In this document: in pieces, positions 9,916 to 19,685 of the stretch
Layout of the letters: each line of letters begins with the position of its first letter
Numbering within the stretch: the first letter of the stretch is position 1
IMG/VR virus record: IMGVR_UViG_3300010355_000898
Coordinates: 192,001 to 256,000 of that record
Strand: one strand, 5' to 3'
Length of the DNA stretch: 64,000 nucleotides
Source of the DNA: a virus
Taxonomy: Duplodnaviria; Caudoviricetes
Translations under genes and position numbers: made by a program
The notes under the pieces: model-generated
Told to the model about the DNA's origin: nothing
The model's input: only the letters and a program-made list of their open reading frames with translations
The model's database searches: none

Positions 9916-10559
9916 AACAACTCTTTCTTGACAAAGATTGCATCTCCCCAATCAAATTTTGTCATATTTGTTTCCATTCTTTTGTATCCAAATTGATTGA
10001 GATATTCTTCCAATTCTGGTAGAAGACAACAATTTTCATACAGTGTGTCTGTGTTGACTTCACTATAAATGAAATCAAATTTTGTTATGAGATTTCCAAT
10101 ACCTTTCAGAACTTTCAATTCGGCACCTTGAACATCCATATTCAAGAAATTGAACATGTTCAGATCAATATTCAAATTCTCATATATCTGATCAAAACGT
10201 TGTGTTTGCAATTTCAATACCTTATCAACTGTTATGTTTGGATAGTGCACAAGATGTTTATCAAGTTTCAGCATTGATGATGATGCCGATCTGAAATTGG
10301 TTGTTACATAAAAATCAACATGTTCTTCAGTGTCAGATAACAGAATATTGTATGCAACATTGTGATCATAAGTTTCAATATTCTGCTTCAGAATATTGAA
10401 TGTTTCAGGATTTGCCTCAAACCAGACAACATTTTTTACATCACAATTTGCATATGCTTCTCTCTCTTCACCAGTGCATGCACCAACATGAATTATGCCT
10501 TTGATCTGCTTTTTGGGATTGTATTTTTCAAACAGATCTTCAAATTTTATGTACATCAT
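9912..10559 (-). CDS. FkbM-family methyltransferase
   Basis: IHVGAC.GEE, WFEANP, SSSML, MDVQGAELKVLKG, YSEV, WGDA. Confidence 0.9.
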   Translation of the reverse strand: MMYIKFEDLFEKYNPKKQIKGIIHVGACTGEEREAYANCDVKNVVWFEANPETFNILKQNIETYDHNVAYNILLSDTEEHVDFYVTTNFRSASSSMLKLDKHLVHYPNITVDKVLKLQTQRFDQIYENLNIDLNMFNFLNMDVQGAELKVLKGIGNLITKFDFIYSEVNTDTLYENCCLLPELEEYLNQFGYKRMETNMTKFDWGDAIFVKKELL

Positions 10560-11266
10560 TTTATGATCCCCCGAATGTTTGGATTTATGTTGTATTCTTT
10601 ATGAAGATTTTTCAATTCATTTTCATACAATCTGTAATTCCATTTACCTTTTGATATTGCAGTACAAATATGTGGATATGCTTTACATTCATAATGATAT
10701 TTTCCAATCTTTTTTTCATCATTATGGTATGTAAAAAGACCTCTAATGTTTAGGCTTGTGCAAGCCTCTGTCCAATGTTTTCCTTCAAACCACAATTTTG
10801 ATTTTGCACGTTCATACAACTTTATGAAATCATGCCTTTTCCAGATTGTAATTTGCATTTGAAATATGTCTTGTACAAACTGTGGTGCTTCATAATAGTG
10901 TTCAACAATCAATTTCATATCATCATTGAATCCACACCTAAATGGTCTGATGTATGAATATTCTTTATGATTTGATAGAAAATCTGTGTGCATACTGAAT
11001 GCATTCATATCAATTTTTCCAATTGCTGTATGATCATCTTGTGAATATATGATGTAATCATAATCAATCTGATTGAGTGCATTTACCCAATGTTTATAGT
11101 AATCATCATCATTCTGATATTTCAAAAATGTATGATTTTGTACTCTTGGATCAACATCTGAAATCACATAGCTGTCAACATTGACGTATTTTGTCAACTG
11201 ACCAAAATGCATTGGCCAAATATCACAATATTTGTTGTTTGTGTATGTTACAATTGCAATTGACAT
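10556..11266 (-). CDS. Putative GT-A glycosyltransferase
   Basis: Y.DIW, YIIYSQDDH, Q.TIW, AI.KGKW; a pattern seen in GT-like proteins of sugar clusters, plus gene context. Confidence 0.55.
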   Translation of the reverse strand: MSIAIVTYTNNKYCDIWPMHFGQLTKYVNVDSYVISDVDPRVQNHTFLKYQNDDDYYKHWVNALNQIDYDYIIYSQDDHTAIGKIDMNAFSMHTDFLSNHKEYSYIRPFRCGFNDDMKLIVEHYYEAPQFVQDIFQMQITIWKRHDFIKLYERAKSKLWFEGKHWTEACTSLNIRGLFTYHNDEKKIGKYHYECKAYPHICTAISKGKWNYRLYENELKNLHKEYNINPNIRGIIK

Positions 11267-12105
11267 GCGTTGTATTCATTATACAACTTTTCAATTGAAA
11301 TTTTGATTGATAATTCTGTTTGATGATCAATCTCATTTGTTCTTGCACTATCAATTGCAGGTGTCGTTTTCATAATTCCACCATCAATGATCGACGTAAG
11401 CATATTCATTTGTTCAAATTTTGTTGAAGCATACTTTTCAAATCCTTGCAATACAGGTACTTGCATAATGTCACACAATTTTTCAAATATATCTGTTCTC
11501 CAAATTGTAGGTCTGGATGTATAATGCCAATTTGTTTTCAAAAACTTGTATGAGTTTACATCATTACATTGTTCCCAAATCAATTTTTGATTTGAAACTG
11601 TATTGTAAAATCTGATTGCATCAGGATTTTTTGATTTATTTGTTATGTCACAATTGTACTGATTGAAATTGTTGAATTCAATAATCGGCACTCTAACGCA
11701 AGCAACATCTGCATTATTTTTATCATCCAAATGTTTGATGCATGCAATCAATTTTTCATTTGCATCTTGATGCATTATGAAATCATCATAACAATACATC
11801 AAATAGTCAGAATTGTTACGTTTTGCTTCCCATAGTGTTACAAAAAACACTGCAATATCAAAAAAGTTTTCATTGAAATGAACATACTTTTTGAATGGTT
11901 TGTTTTGTAATGTTTGCTTTACGCATTCAATTGAACAGTTATCAACTGAAACACAATTGAATTTTTCAATGTATTTGAATGTATTGATGCTATCATTGAA
12001 GTGTTTTTGACGATAACTTTTGTTGGCTTCATTAACATACGTTAAATAACCAATTGTCAATTTATTGTGCAAATTTGTTGAAAAATTGTTCATAAAGTTT
12101 TGCAA
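11248..12105 (-). CDS. Putative GT2-like glycosyltransferase
   Basis: VDNCS, YLMYCYDDF, RPTIW. Confidence 0.55.
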   Translation of the reverse strand: MQNFMNNFSTNLHNKLTIGYLTYVNEANKSYRQKHFNDSINTFKYIEKFNCVSVDNCSIECVKQTLQNKPFKKYVHFNENFFDIAVFFVTLWEAKRNNSDYLMYCYDDFIMHQDANEKLIACIKHLDDKNNADVACVRVPIIEFNNFNQYNCDITNKSKNPDAIRFYNTVSNQKLIWEQCNDVNSYKFLKTNWHYTSRPTIWRTDIFEKLCDIMQVPVLQGFEKYASTKFEQMNMLTSIIDGGIMKTTPAIDSARTNEIDHQTELSIKISIEKLYNEYNACQLQL

Positions 12106-12955
12106 TATTGTTTATGTGAAATTGTTTTGCCCACTCATATGATCTGTTTGAAATATCCATTCTCAATTTATGATCACAAATCAACATTTCAAGTTTTTCA
12201 ATGAATTCATTTTTTGATGTTATTGATAACCATGCATCTCCACCAAATTCTTCAAAACTTTTATATCCACTTGAAACAGTTGGAATTCCATATGATTGAA
12301 AATTTGTCAATTTTGCATTTGGTTTGAATTGATGTACATATGATTTATAACCACAATTTTCAACAAAAATTGCTCCAATATCAATTGTTTTCATCAATTC
12401 ATGACATTCAATTCTTGTATTTGGATGTTTATGAACAAAATTGATATCATACTTTTTGCACAATTTTTCAACATCATCATATGCATCAAATTGATTCTGA
12501 ATTCCAATGAAACCTAAAGTTTCAACATTCTGTTTCACATCAATTCTATGTTTTTCAAAATTGACAGCATGATGTGGTATCACTGATATACGTTCATCAT
12601 CAATGAATTTTTTCATTTTCAATAATGCTGATGAATTGTTGACAATTATTCCATCAACGTTGTTAACATAATGCGACCAATCAATTTCATTTTCACCATT
12701 TGGATACTGTTTATGCTGATCAGCAACAGGTCTATCAAGAAGATCATAAACTATTTTGCAATTTTGGTGTTTCAATCTTTTTGCCAAATCAACATCAATT
12801 TGACGAATGAATATAACAATGGCATTATTCAATTTCAAGATTTCCTGTCTGTTCAAATTGATGTCAAAAAATCTTGAATCATTTATTACACCTGAAATTT
12901 GTATGCCTCTTATCAACCCAGATGTGCGTTCTTTCATTCCAATGAAAGCAATCAT
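12062..12955 (-). CDS. Putative GT-B glycosyltransferase
   Basis: VYDLLD, VIPHH, KPNAKL.NF.SYGIPTV, C-terminal LR..IS...A..F. Confidence 0.7.
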   Translation of the reverse strand: MIAFIGMKERTSGLIRGIQISGVINDSRFFDINLNRQEILKLNNAIVIFIRQIDVDLAKRLKHQNCKIVYDLLDRPVADQHKQYPNGENEIDWSHYVNNVDGIIVNNSSALLKMKKFIDDERISVIPHHAVNFEKHRIDVKQNVETLGFIGIQNQFDAYDDVEKLCKKYDINFVHKHPNTRIECHELMKTIDIGAIFVENCGYKSYVHQFKPNAKLTNFQSYGIPTVSSGYKSFEEFGGDAWLSITSKNEFIEKLEMLICDHKLRMDISNRSYEWAKQFHINNIAKLYEQFFNKFAQ

Positions 12956-13875
12956 TTCATAACCTCAAACATATATTGTACTCTTGCTTGTGCTGTATGA
13001 TATAGTTCAGCATGTTTCCAACAATCTGTCTGAATTGTTTTGAAAAGTTCATAATCTGATAAAACAGTTCTCAATTTCATATTCAATTCATCAATAGTGT
13101 CAAATTTGATACAATTTTTCATATCTTCAAAATCATGTGGCATTATAATATGCCATCTTTGGTATGCTGGAATTGCACCCTGACCTATAATTTCCCACAA
13201 TCTTGCATTGCAATCACCACCACCCCATGCATCAATTCCAATCTTTGATTGTTTCAGATTGTTGATATATTCATCAAATTTGATGCCCGATTTTTTGAAA
13301 ACTTTGTAATCTTTAAATTCACAATTATAGATTTGAGATCTCAAACCAGTTTGCAATTGACCAAAACATGTAAACAGATCATAATGACGATTATGATCAT
13401 CAAAATGTGTGTTCTGCACAATACCAAATGGTAATGGCACTATTCCTTTATCAATGTCATCAGGATAACATTCTCTTTTAAAGTACCATTTACACCTTCT
13501 GAAAAAATGATCATTAATCCAGGGTTCTCCTCGCCTTCTTAATGCATTATTCATTGATAACAAAACTTGATTTGGTAATGGGTATGCAGTTGCAGTCCAT
13601 TCACTACCATCAATGTATGCTACCTTTTCCCATGCATTTATATTGTTCAAAAGATTGTATTTTGGTGGTGAATTATCTCGAACTTTTCCAAAAAAAGCAA
13701 AAATGTAATCACAATCTTTTGCATATTGAATAAATTCATAATCATTCAAATTCTGTACACAACCATTACCAGAATTTGAAACCTCAAATTGTATATTAGC
13801 ACTCTTTAAGCCAGACAATACAGTTGAAACAAGATAATCATGTTTCCTATCTGGCGTTATGCAAGCTATTCTCAT
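12952..13875 (-). CDS. Putative GT-B glycosyltransferase (CgeB-like C-terminus)
   Basis: YIDGSE, YFKRE, L.QSKIGID.WGGG.CN.RLWE, HT..ARV.Y. Confidence 0.7.
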   Translation of the reverse strand: MRIACITPDRKHDYLVSTVLSGLKSANIQFEVSNSGNGCVQNLNDYEFIQYAKDCDYIFAFFGKVRDNSPPKYNLLNNINAWEKVAYIDGSEWTATAYPLPNQVLLSMNNALRRRGEPWINDHFFRRCKWYFKRECYPDDIDKGIVPLPFGIVQNTHFDDHNRHYDLFTCFGQLQTGLRSQIYNCEFKDYKVFKKSGIKFDEYINNLKQSKIGIDAWGGGDCNARLWEIIGQGAIPAYQRWHIIMPHDFEDMKNCIKFDTIDELNMKLRTVLSDYELFKTIQTDCWKHAELYHTAQARVQYMFEVMK

Positions 13876-14792
13876 AATGCATCAATTATATTCATGAATT
13901 CATTACAACATTTTTCAATGTCAAGATTTCTGTAAATGATCTTTTTTCTGTATTTGTCAATATCATTTGACATGATCTTCAGTTTTTGAATGAAATCATC
14001 AAAATCTTGATACATTTCACCATGATGTTTACATACGTCTACGATTGCACCACCATCTCTGTGATAGAGAACTGGTAATCCACAACTTGCACCCTCTATA
14101 TGATGCATTCCACAAGGCTCATATCTTGATGCTGTCACATATATGTCACATTTTTGCAATTCTTTTCCAAGATTTTCACCATAAAGTGGCTCAATTAACT
14201 TTGTTGATTTTGGACGATATTGAGAATTATATCTTCCAATGTATGTGAATTCAAACTGATTGTTATCAGTAACAAATTGATCAATCTGATTATAGATGTC
14301 AAATCCTTTCATCCAATTGTCAGACCAATGATGTGTAACCAATCTAATCTTTTCATTATTGTGTTCAATTGGTTTGAATATTGACTGATCACAACCATTA
14401 TAGATGACATGTGATTTCTTGTTGTATCCAAGTTTTATGAAATATTGTTGTAACCATTCACTGATGAAAACAACTTCATCAGATACATTCATTGATTTCA
14501 TAACAACATTGTCAATATCGTTGGTGCCTTTTCTTGCGTCACATTCATTGACTCTGTACAATATTTTTGTTCTTGGATTTTTTAGTTTGTAATCATAAAT
14601 TTCATTGATTGATAATGAACCATCACCATCATATCTTGGATCAATCATAAAGATAACATCAATGTCATTTTCAAAATGATGCACAACTTTGTGACCATGT
14701 TGAATCAAAAAATCAACCATCGCAGTCAAAAATTGTGATCCACCACCCCAAGGTGTTTTGCGAACATTTCTGTTGAAATATATCTTTTTCAT
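13872..14792 (-). CDS. GT4 glycosyltransferase
   Basis: WGGGSQF, VIYNGCD, KGFD, ASRYEPCGMHHIEG..CGLPV. Confidence 0.88.
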   Translation of the reverse strand: MKKIYFNRNVRKTPWGGGSQFLTAMVDFLIQHGHKVVHHFENDIDVIFMIDPRYDGDGSLSINEIYDYKLKNPRTKILYRVNECDARKGTNDIDNVVMKSMNVSDEVVFISEWLQQYFIKLGYNKKSHVIYNGCDQSIFKPIEHNNEKIRLVTHHWSDNWMKGFDIYNQIDQFVTDNNQFEFTYIGRYNSQYRPKSTKLIEPLYGENLGKELQKCDIYVTASRYEPCGMHHIEGASCGLPVLYHRDGGAIVDVCKHHGEMYQDFDDFIQKLKIMSNDIDKYRKKIIYRNLDIEKCCNEFMNIIDAL

Positions 14793-15535
14793 ACAAAATT
14801 TTCCCATGGAGCACCATTTGCAACATAACCACGATTTCTTATGAAATCGGCTTCCATTTTTTGGAATTTTGCATCATCAGTTTGAAACGTTTCTGGTTTC
14901 ACGTCAATTGTGTAATGATACATTACCCTTGGTATGAAAACATTTTTTCTTGATTGATGAAGAACCGGAAGATAGAGGGCCTGATCTCCACAACGTTTTA
15001 CTGGATCACCGTTGTGATTTGAGAAATTTTCCCATGGAATATTTGTAAGCAATTGTTTTCTGAATGTTTTGAGATGACTTGTTACCCATGGTTGAACATA
15101 TACACTAATTCCCTCTTTTAGAGGAGCAGATATGTTGAAATCTGACATGTCCCAACGATGTTTTGACCAAGCACAATCACATCCAGTTTGTTCATAACAT
15201 GCATTAAATTGATACAATGCATCCAAATCACAAAGATAATCATCAGCATCAATTCTGCAAATGATATCATCATCATTACACTGTTTAATACCATTCAGAA
15301 CATTAACAGTTTCCCATTTCTTTTTGTCATTCCAAACTGTTATGATTTTGTGTTCATAACAGTTGAACTGTTTCAAAATTTCAATACATTTTTGTTTATG
15401 TTCTGCATCAGAAACATCATCAATCAGTACTAACTGCCAATTTTCATATGATTGACCAGCTAAACTGTGTAACATTCTTGCAAGTGTTTTGCTTGCATTA
15501 TACATTGGTGCAATGAAAACAAATCGATTATTCAT
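14789..15535 (-). CDS. GT2 glycosyltransferase
   Basis: APMYNA, S..GQSY.NW, IDDVSD, RIDADD. Confidence 0.9.
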   Translation of the reverse strand: MNNRFVFIAPMYNASKTLARMLHSLAGQSYENWQLVLIDDVSDAEHKQKCIEILKQFNCYEHKIITVWNDKKKWETVNVLNGIKQCNDDDIICRIDADDYLCDLDALYQFNACYEQTGCDCAWSKHRWDMSDFNISAPLKEGISVYVQPWVTSHLKTFRKQLLTNIPWENFSNHNGDPVKRCGDQALYLPVLHQSRKNVFIPRVMYHYTIDVKPETFQTDDAKFQKMEADFIRNRGYVANGAPWENFV

Positions 15536-17453
15536 GATTAGTCCAAGAATTCATAATTTTGGGTTCAGATTCACTGATTGTAATCCAAGGAGTTGGACGA
15601 TTAAAATCAATCCTTGTGTGAAAAATCCAACCACCAAGATCATTTTTCATTCTTGTGGCCAATTTTTCAATTTCATCATCTGTAACTTCTGACCAAGATT
15701 TTTCGAAAAACATATTATTTTCTGGTATGTCAGTTTGAACTTTGTTGAAGAGTGACATCCAATGTTTTGACCAATAATTTTTGTATGTGTGTATTTTTCG
15801 CTCAATATTGAACCATGAATAATGATAAATGCTTGGAACATTTTTGATCAAATTTTTTGCCCAATTTTCATATATTTTCAATGCTGATGCATTTCCATTC
15901 AATGCATCAAGACGAATTTTTTCAACATCTTGATGATAGAATGTTGCAAATGGAACGCTTTCAAATGTGTCACAGAAAATGTAATCACATCCATCAGATC
16001 CCAAAGAATAGAGCTCGCCATTTTCATCATATGCTCTGTGATTTTTTGGTATGCCATGTGTAATATTTGACACATTTCTTGACAATCTCCATTTCCATGG
16101 ATTTACATCAACTCTAACCTTTTCATGACCACCCCAATATTCAATCACTGGCAATGCAATGAGATCACATTGTTCTGGGAAGTTTTTTGCAATATTTCTG
16201 ATCTTTTCATAATCATGTTCATTAACAACTTCATCAATATCCTGCTGCCAACAATATTTCCCTTTACACTGTTCTCTTGCATACGCTTTCTGTTGACCAT
16301 CAAACAATGCAAATCTTTTATCATTCCAATCCCTTTTTAGTTGTTTCAATATCAATTTTGGTTCTTCAACTGACCATTTTTGCAATTCTTCCCATGTACC
16401 ATCAGTTGAACCACCATCAATGACAACAACTTCATCACAAAATCCCAATAGTGAAATTATTGATTGTCGCCAAGGATATTTTTGTTCAATACAATTTCTT
16501 GTTTGAGTATATCCTGACAAAAGAATGTCATTTTTTGCATCATTAACAGAATTCCAAAACACATTTTTTGCATTTGTAAGATGTTCAATCATGTCATGAT
16601 TTTCACCATTGAACCATTGTTCATTTTTATGTTGAACATGATCATTGATGATCAGTTTACAATTGAGCATTTTTGCTTCAATTACCATTCTTGGACATGT
16701 GTCACCACCATTTGGCAAATAAACAAATCCTTCTGCTGATGCAATTTTTTTCAATGTTTCATCATATGAAAGACCCCAAATTATTTCTGGATTTATGTTT
16801 TTTGATCTGCACCAATTGAGTGCATTTTCATATCCTTTGACCCAAGATTGTGATCCAAGTACAATCCACCCAGATTTTTTTTCATTCTGTAATTCAAGTT
16901 TCAGTTTACTGATTGAATTCAGAGTATCATCTGAAAATACACTTGACAGAATGATGTTTTTTGTATTTGAAAGATATGAAAATCTTGTATGATATATGTT
17001 CTTTTGTGTTTCAGACATCCAAAACAGAATCTTTGCACCCTTATACAGTGATGCAATCATTTTTCCATGTTCTGAATTGTGACAATTGCATGGAACATGC
17101 TCTAAAAACATATGCTTTTCAATTGATCTGTGTACACAAAACTTGTAATCATATTCAATGACACAATAGTTGAGCATGCTGATAATGCTGGGGATTAGGT
17201 TATTGTTCATTGTTGAACAATTGCAGAAGATCCAAAATTTGTCCCTATTCTGCTCTATGATCTTTTTTGTGAGATTTTTTGCTTTCAATCTTGTGACTGA
17301 ACTTGAACTTTTGGCGCTCTGTATGAGCGCCTCTGTGGTCAATTCTGCACCACCAGAATATTCATCTGCAAAAAGATCAGCAACAAAAATATATTCAGCT
17401 TCCTGTGGAATCTGTTCCATGACATCAAATAATGATTTTGAAAAATCAAACAT
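15528..17453 (-). CDS. Bifunctional glycosyltransferase (GT-B N-terminal + GT2 C-terminal)
   Basis: N-terminal GGAE, KGY and DTCPRMVIEA; C-terminal DEVVVIDGGSTDGT and QDIDE. Confidence 0.85.
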   Translation of the reverse strand: MFDFSKSLFDVMEQIPQEAEYIFVADLFADEYSGGAELTTEALIQSAKSSSSVTRLKAKNLTKKIIEQNRDKFWIFCNCSTMNNNLIPSIISMLNYCVIEYDYKFCVHRSIEKHMFLEHVPCNCHNSEHGKMIASLYKGAKILFWMSETQKNIYHTRFSYLSNTKNIILSSVFSDDTLNSISKLKLELQNEKKSGWIVLGSQSWVKGYENALNWCRSKNINPEIIWGLSYDETLKKIASAEGFVYLPNGGDTCPRMVIEAKMLNCKLIINDHVQHKNEQWFNGENHDMIEHLTNAKNVFWNSVNDAKNDILLSGYTQTRNCIEQKYPWRQSIISLLGFCDEVVVIDGGSTDGTWEELQKWSVEEPKLILKQLKRDWNDKRFALFDGQQKAYAREQCKGKYCWQQDIDEVVNEHDYEKIRNIAKNFPEQCDLIALPVIEYWGGHEKVRVDVNPWKWRLSRNVSNITHGIPKNHRAYDENGELYSLGSDGCDYIFCDTFESVPFATFYHQDVEKIRLDALNGNASALKIYENWAKNLIKNVPSIYHYSWFNIERKIHTYKNYWSKHWMSLFNKVQTDIPENNMFFEKSWSEVTDDEIEKLATRMKNDLGGWIFHTRIDFNRPTPWITISESEPKIMNSWTNHE

Positions 17454-17459
17454 AGTATC

Positions 17460-17489
17460 ATTGTACGATCAAATGATCAACTATGTACA
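17460..17489 (-). promoter_or_regulatory. Sigma70-like leaderless promoter for the glycosylation operon
   Basis: Minus strand reads TGTACA-N18-TACAAT-N6-ATG(17453). Confidence 0.55.
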
Positions 17490-17550
17490 AAATAAATCAC
17501 TAATGAAAAAAAGTTCCTTTACAAGTCATTTTGGGTTTGTAGATATCTAT

Positions 17551-17610
17551 TCAGTGGTCAGTGGTCAGTGGTCAGTGGTCAGTGGTCAGTGGTCAGTGGT
17601 CAGTGGTCAG
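17551..17610. repeat. Perfect tandem repeat (TCAGTGG) x8 + TCAG
   Basis: Read directly from the sequence. Confidence 0.97.
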
Positions 17611-17764
17611 AGATACTAGATCTAAAGATTACTAGAGATACTAGATCTAAAGATTACTAGAGATACTAGATCTAAAGATTACTAGAGATACTAGATCTAA
17701 AGATTACTAGAGATACTAGATCTAAAGATTACTAGAGATACTAGATCTAAAGATTACTAGAGAT
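17611..17764. repeat. Perfect tandem repeat (AGATACTAGATCTAAAGATTACTAG) x6 + AGAT
   Basis: Read directly; no spacers; each unit contains the palindrome TAGATCTA and two CTAG. Confidence 0.97.
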
Positions 17765-18441
17765 CAGTCTCTATTGGATTTTACTGAGTACATGGTACCT
17801 GAGCCTGAATTTTTCTGTTCAGAACTTTTTAAAAGATCTTTGTCTAATATCTCAACAATCCCCAGATATCCCATTAGGGATGATTTTCTGTTCTTGATTG
17901 AGAAAGATCTCAATCGAACGTTTACGTATCCAATTTCAGAATTGCCCATTTTGCATTTTGTTTCAAAATCTCTGTGCTGCTCAATGGCTTCTTTCCACTC
18001 AGCATATACACGATCTCTGTCTCTGTCTGAGATTCCCATTACCCATCCATTACCATTCGCTTCATAGGGCATTAATCCTGTTAATTCACACATTTTTTTT
18101 GAAGCCCATGTTATTTCACCATCAACATTTGCTTCAAAATATCCAATGTTCAGGTGTGCAATTATTGCACCCATTTTGCTGTCATTCAATGTTGCCTGAG
18201 CTTCAATACGTTCTATGAGATCTCTCAAAGAATTACCACCATTGGGTCGGAATTCTTTTGACATCATATCAAGAGTTCCAGCATATTCATCAAATTTTGC
18301 AACAAATAGCATCATTTTTTTTGCAAATTTGATTGCAGGTCTTATCATATACTTCCATAAACCAGCAACTACAGTTCCTGCAGAAATCGCTATTGACAAA
18401 TATAGAAGTATCAAATCCATTTGTTGCATTATCCTGTACAT
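17764..18441 (-). CDS. Membrane-anchored PAS-domain protein
   Basis: Hydrophobic N-terminus (LILLYLSIAISAGTVVAGLW), EFRPNGGNSLRDLIERIE linker, then a PAS pattern (GYFEANVDG..TWAS...ELTG...A.GNGW...I...DR.RV..EW, F, GYLG). Exact start uncertain. Confidence 0.8.
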   Translation of the reverse strand: MYRIMQQMDLILLYLSIAISAGTVVAGLWKYMIRPAIKFAKKMMLFVAKFDEYAGTLDMMSKEFRPNGGNSLRDLIERIEAQATLNDSKMGAIIAHLNIGYFEANVDGEITWASKKMCELTGLMPYEANGNGWVMGISDRDRDRVYAEWKEAIEQHRDFETKCKMGNSEIGYVNVRLRSFSIKNRKSSLMGYLGIVEILDKDLLKSSEQKNSGSGTMYSVKSNRD

Positions 18442-18470
18442 AACTATCACAAATTTGTAATTTGAATTGT

Positions 18471-19685
18471 ATGCATGCGAATGATGTCATTTTTGGTAAG
18501 GATTTGATTGATTGTGTCAAACAAGTTATTGAATACGTACATAGAATGACATCAATTGATAAAAGTATATTCATTAATGAAAAATTGAATATTCAATCAT
18601 CAATCAGTACAGCTGCAAAATTTAAGCCAAATCAATCACAACAAAAGAACATATATGATATCATAATGAATGCTGCAATCAGAGCAGAGATGATATCTCC
18701 TGGATCTTTTGAAAAGACACTCAATTTAATCGTCAATTCATACAGTGGTAACCAACATTTGAATGACAAAAAGAAAATTGGGGTCAATCTGGATGGTAAG
18801 AATGATATGTTGGTGAGGCACCAATCAACCACTGATTGGGAAACTGTTGTCAATAGATTTATTGCAACGTTGGGATCTGATTTTGACATGTTTATGGATG
18901 CAATCAAACTTGCAGGATTTGCAGGAAAAATTCAGATTGAAAAATCTGTCAATGAATATGATATCATTCATAAACGTTCAGGTTTCAATTTCAGTCTTCA
19001 AACGTTTGGAAACATTAAACGTTTACTTAACACAAAAATTGTGATCATTGATGGTTTGATTGAGAACGTATCAGAAGTTCACAATATGTTGTCTGTTTGT
19101 GCTGAAACAAAATGTCCATTAACAATTGTTGCAAGAGGATACAGTGATGATGTTTTGAACACAATCAATGTTAACAATTTGAGAGGATCATTTCAGGTAT
19201 TGCCATTGGCTGCAAAATTTGATATTGCAACTGCAAACACATTGGTTGACATTGCAGTCATTTCAAAAAGTGATATCATTTCATCATTGAAAGGTGAGTT
19301 GATTTCAACTGTCAAATTTGATACGCTGAAATATGTTGATGAGATCAATGTGAATGGTGACATTGTTACAATGAAAAATTGTGTTGACGTCACAACACAT
19401 ATCAAACAATTGCAAAAAAAGAGGGAAGAAGTTGATGAAAGTGTTCAATATGTGTATGATGACAGAATAAAATCATTGTCACAAAATCTTGTCATATTGA
19501 AATTGAAAAATGACATCAACTTTGTGAATAGAGCACAAAAATTTGACGTTGCAATCAGAACACTGCAATCATACATAAAATTTGGAATTTATGAAGATGA
19601 ATTGGCTGCAACCCAATATGCTTCTGAAGTGTATTCAAGATCATGTTTAAGGATGATTAACAGTTTGGGTGCAATCATTTCATAA
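18471..19685 (+). CDS. Divergent chaperonin (GroEL/Cpn60-like), apparently lacking the ATP-binding motif
   Basis: AIKLAG..GKI.IE, VIIDGLIE.VSE, PL.IVARGYSDDVL.T..VN.LRG, L.DIAV and RI..L match the GroEL intermediate/apical region. No GDGTT motif. Confidence 0.7.
   Translation: MHANDVIFGKDLIDCVKQVIEYVHRMTSIDKSIFINEKLNIQSSISTAAKFKPNQSQQKNIYDIIMNAAIRAEMISPGSFEKTLNLIVNSYSGNQHLNDKKKIGVNLDGKNDMLVRHQSTTDWETVVNRFIATLGSDFDMFMDAIKLAGFAGKIQIEKSVNEYDIIHKRSGFNFSLQTFGNIKRLLNTKIVIIDGLIENVSEVHNMLSVCAETKCPLTIVARGYSDDVLNTINVNNLRGSFQVLPLAAKFDIATANTLVDIAVISKSDIISSLKGELISTVKFDTLKYVDEINVNGDIVTMKNCVDVTTHIKQLQKKREEVDESVQYVYDDRIKSLSQNLVILKLKNDINFVNRAQKFDVAIRTLQSYIKFGIYEDELAATQYASEVYSRSCLRMINSLGAIIS

Noticed and set aside
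1-17453. Host O-antigen/capsule locus flanking a prophage
   Set aside because: No export or polymerase genes, no integrase or att site seen, and phage-type genes and promoter motifs are interleaved with the same sequence bias.
17170-17619. 149 aa plus-strand ORF ending in SVVSGQW repeats
   Set aside because: Antisense to a clear GT gene, and its tail is just the translated 7-mer array.
17611-17764. 25-bp repeats as a CRISPR array, given a Cas4-like gene at 2178-2981
   Set aside because: Units are head-to-tail with no spacers and no cas1/cas2 or effector gene is present; solo Cas4-like nucleases are common in phages.
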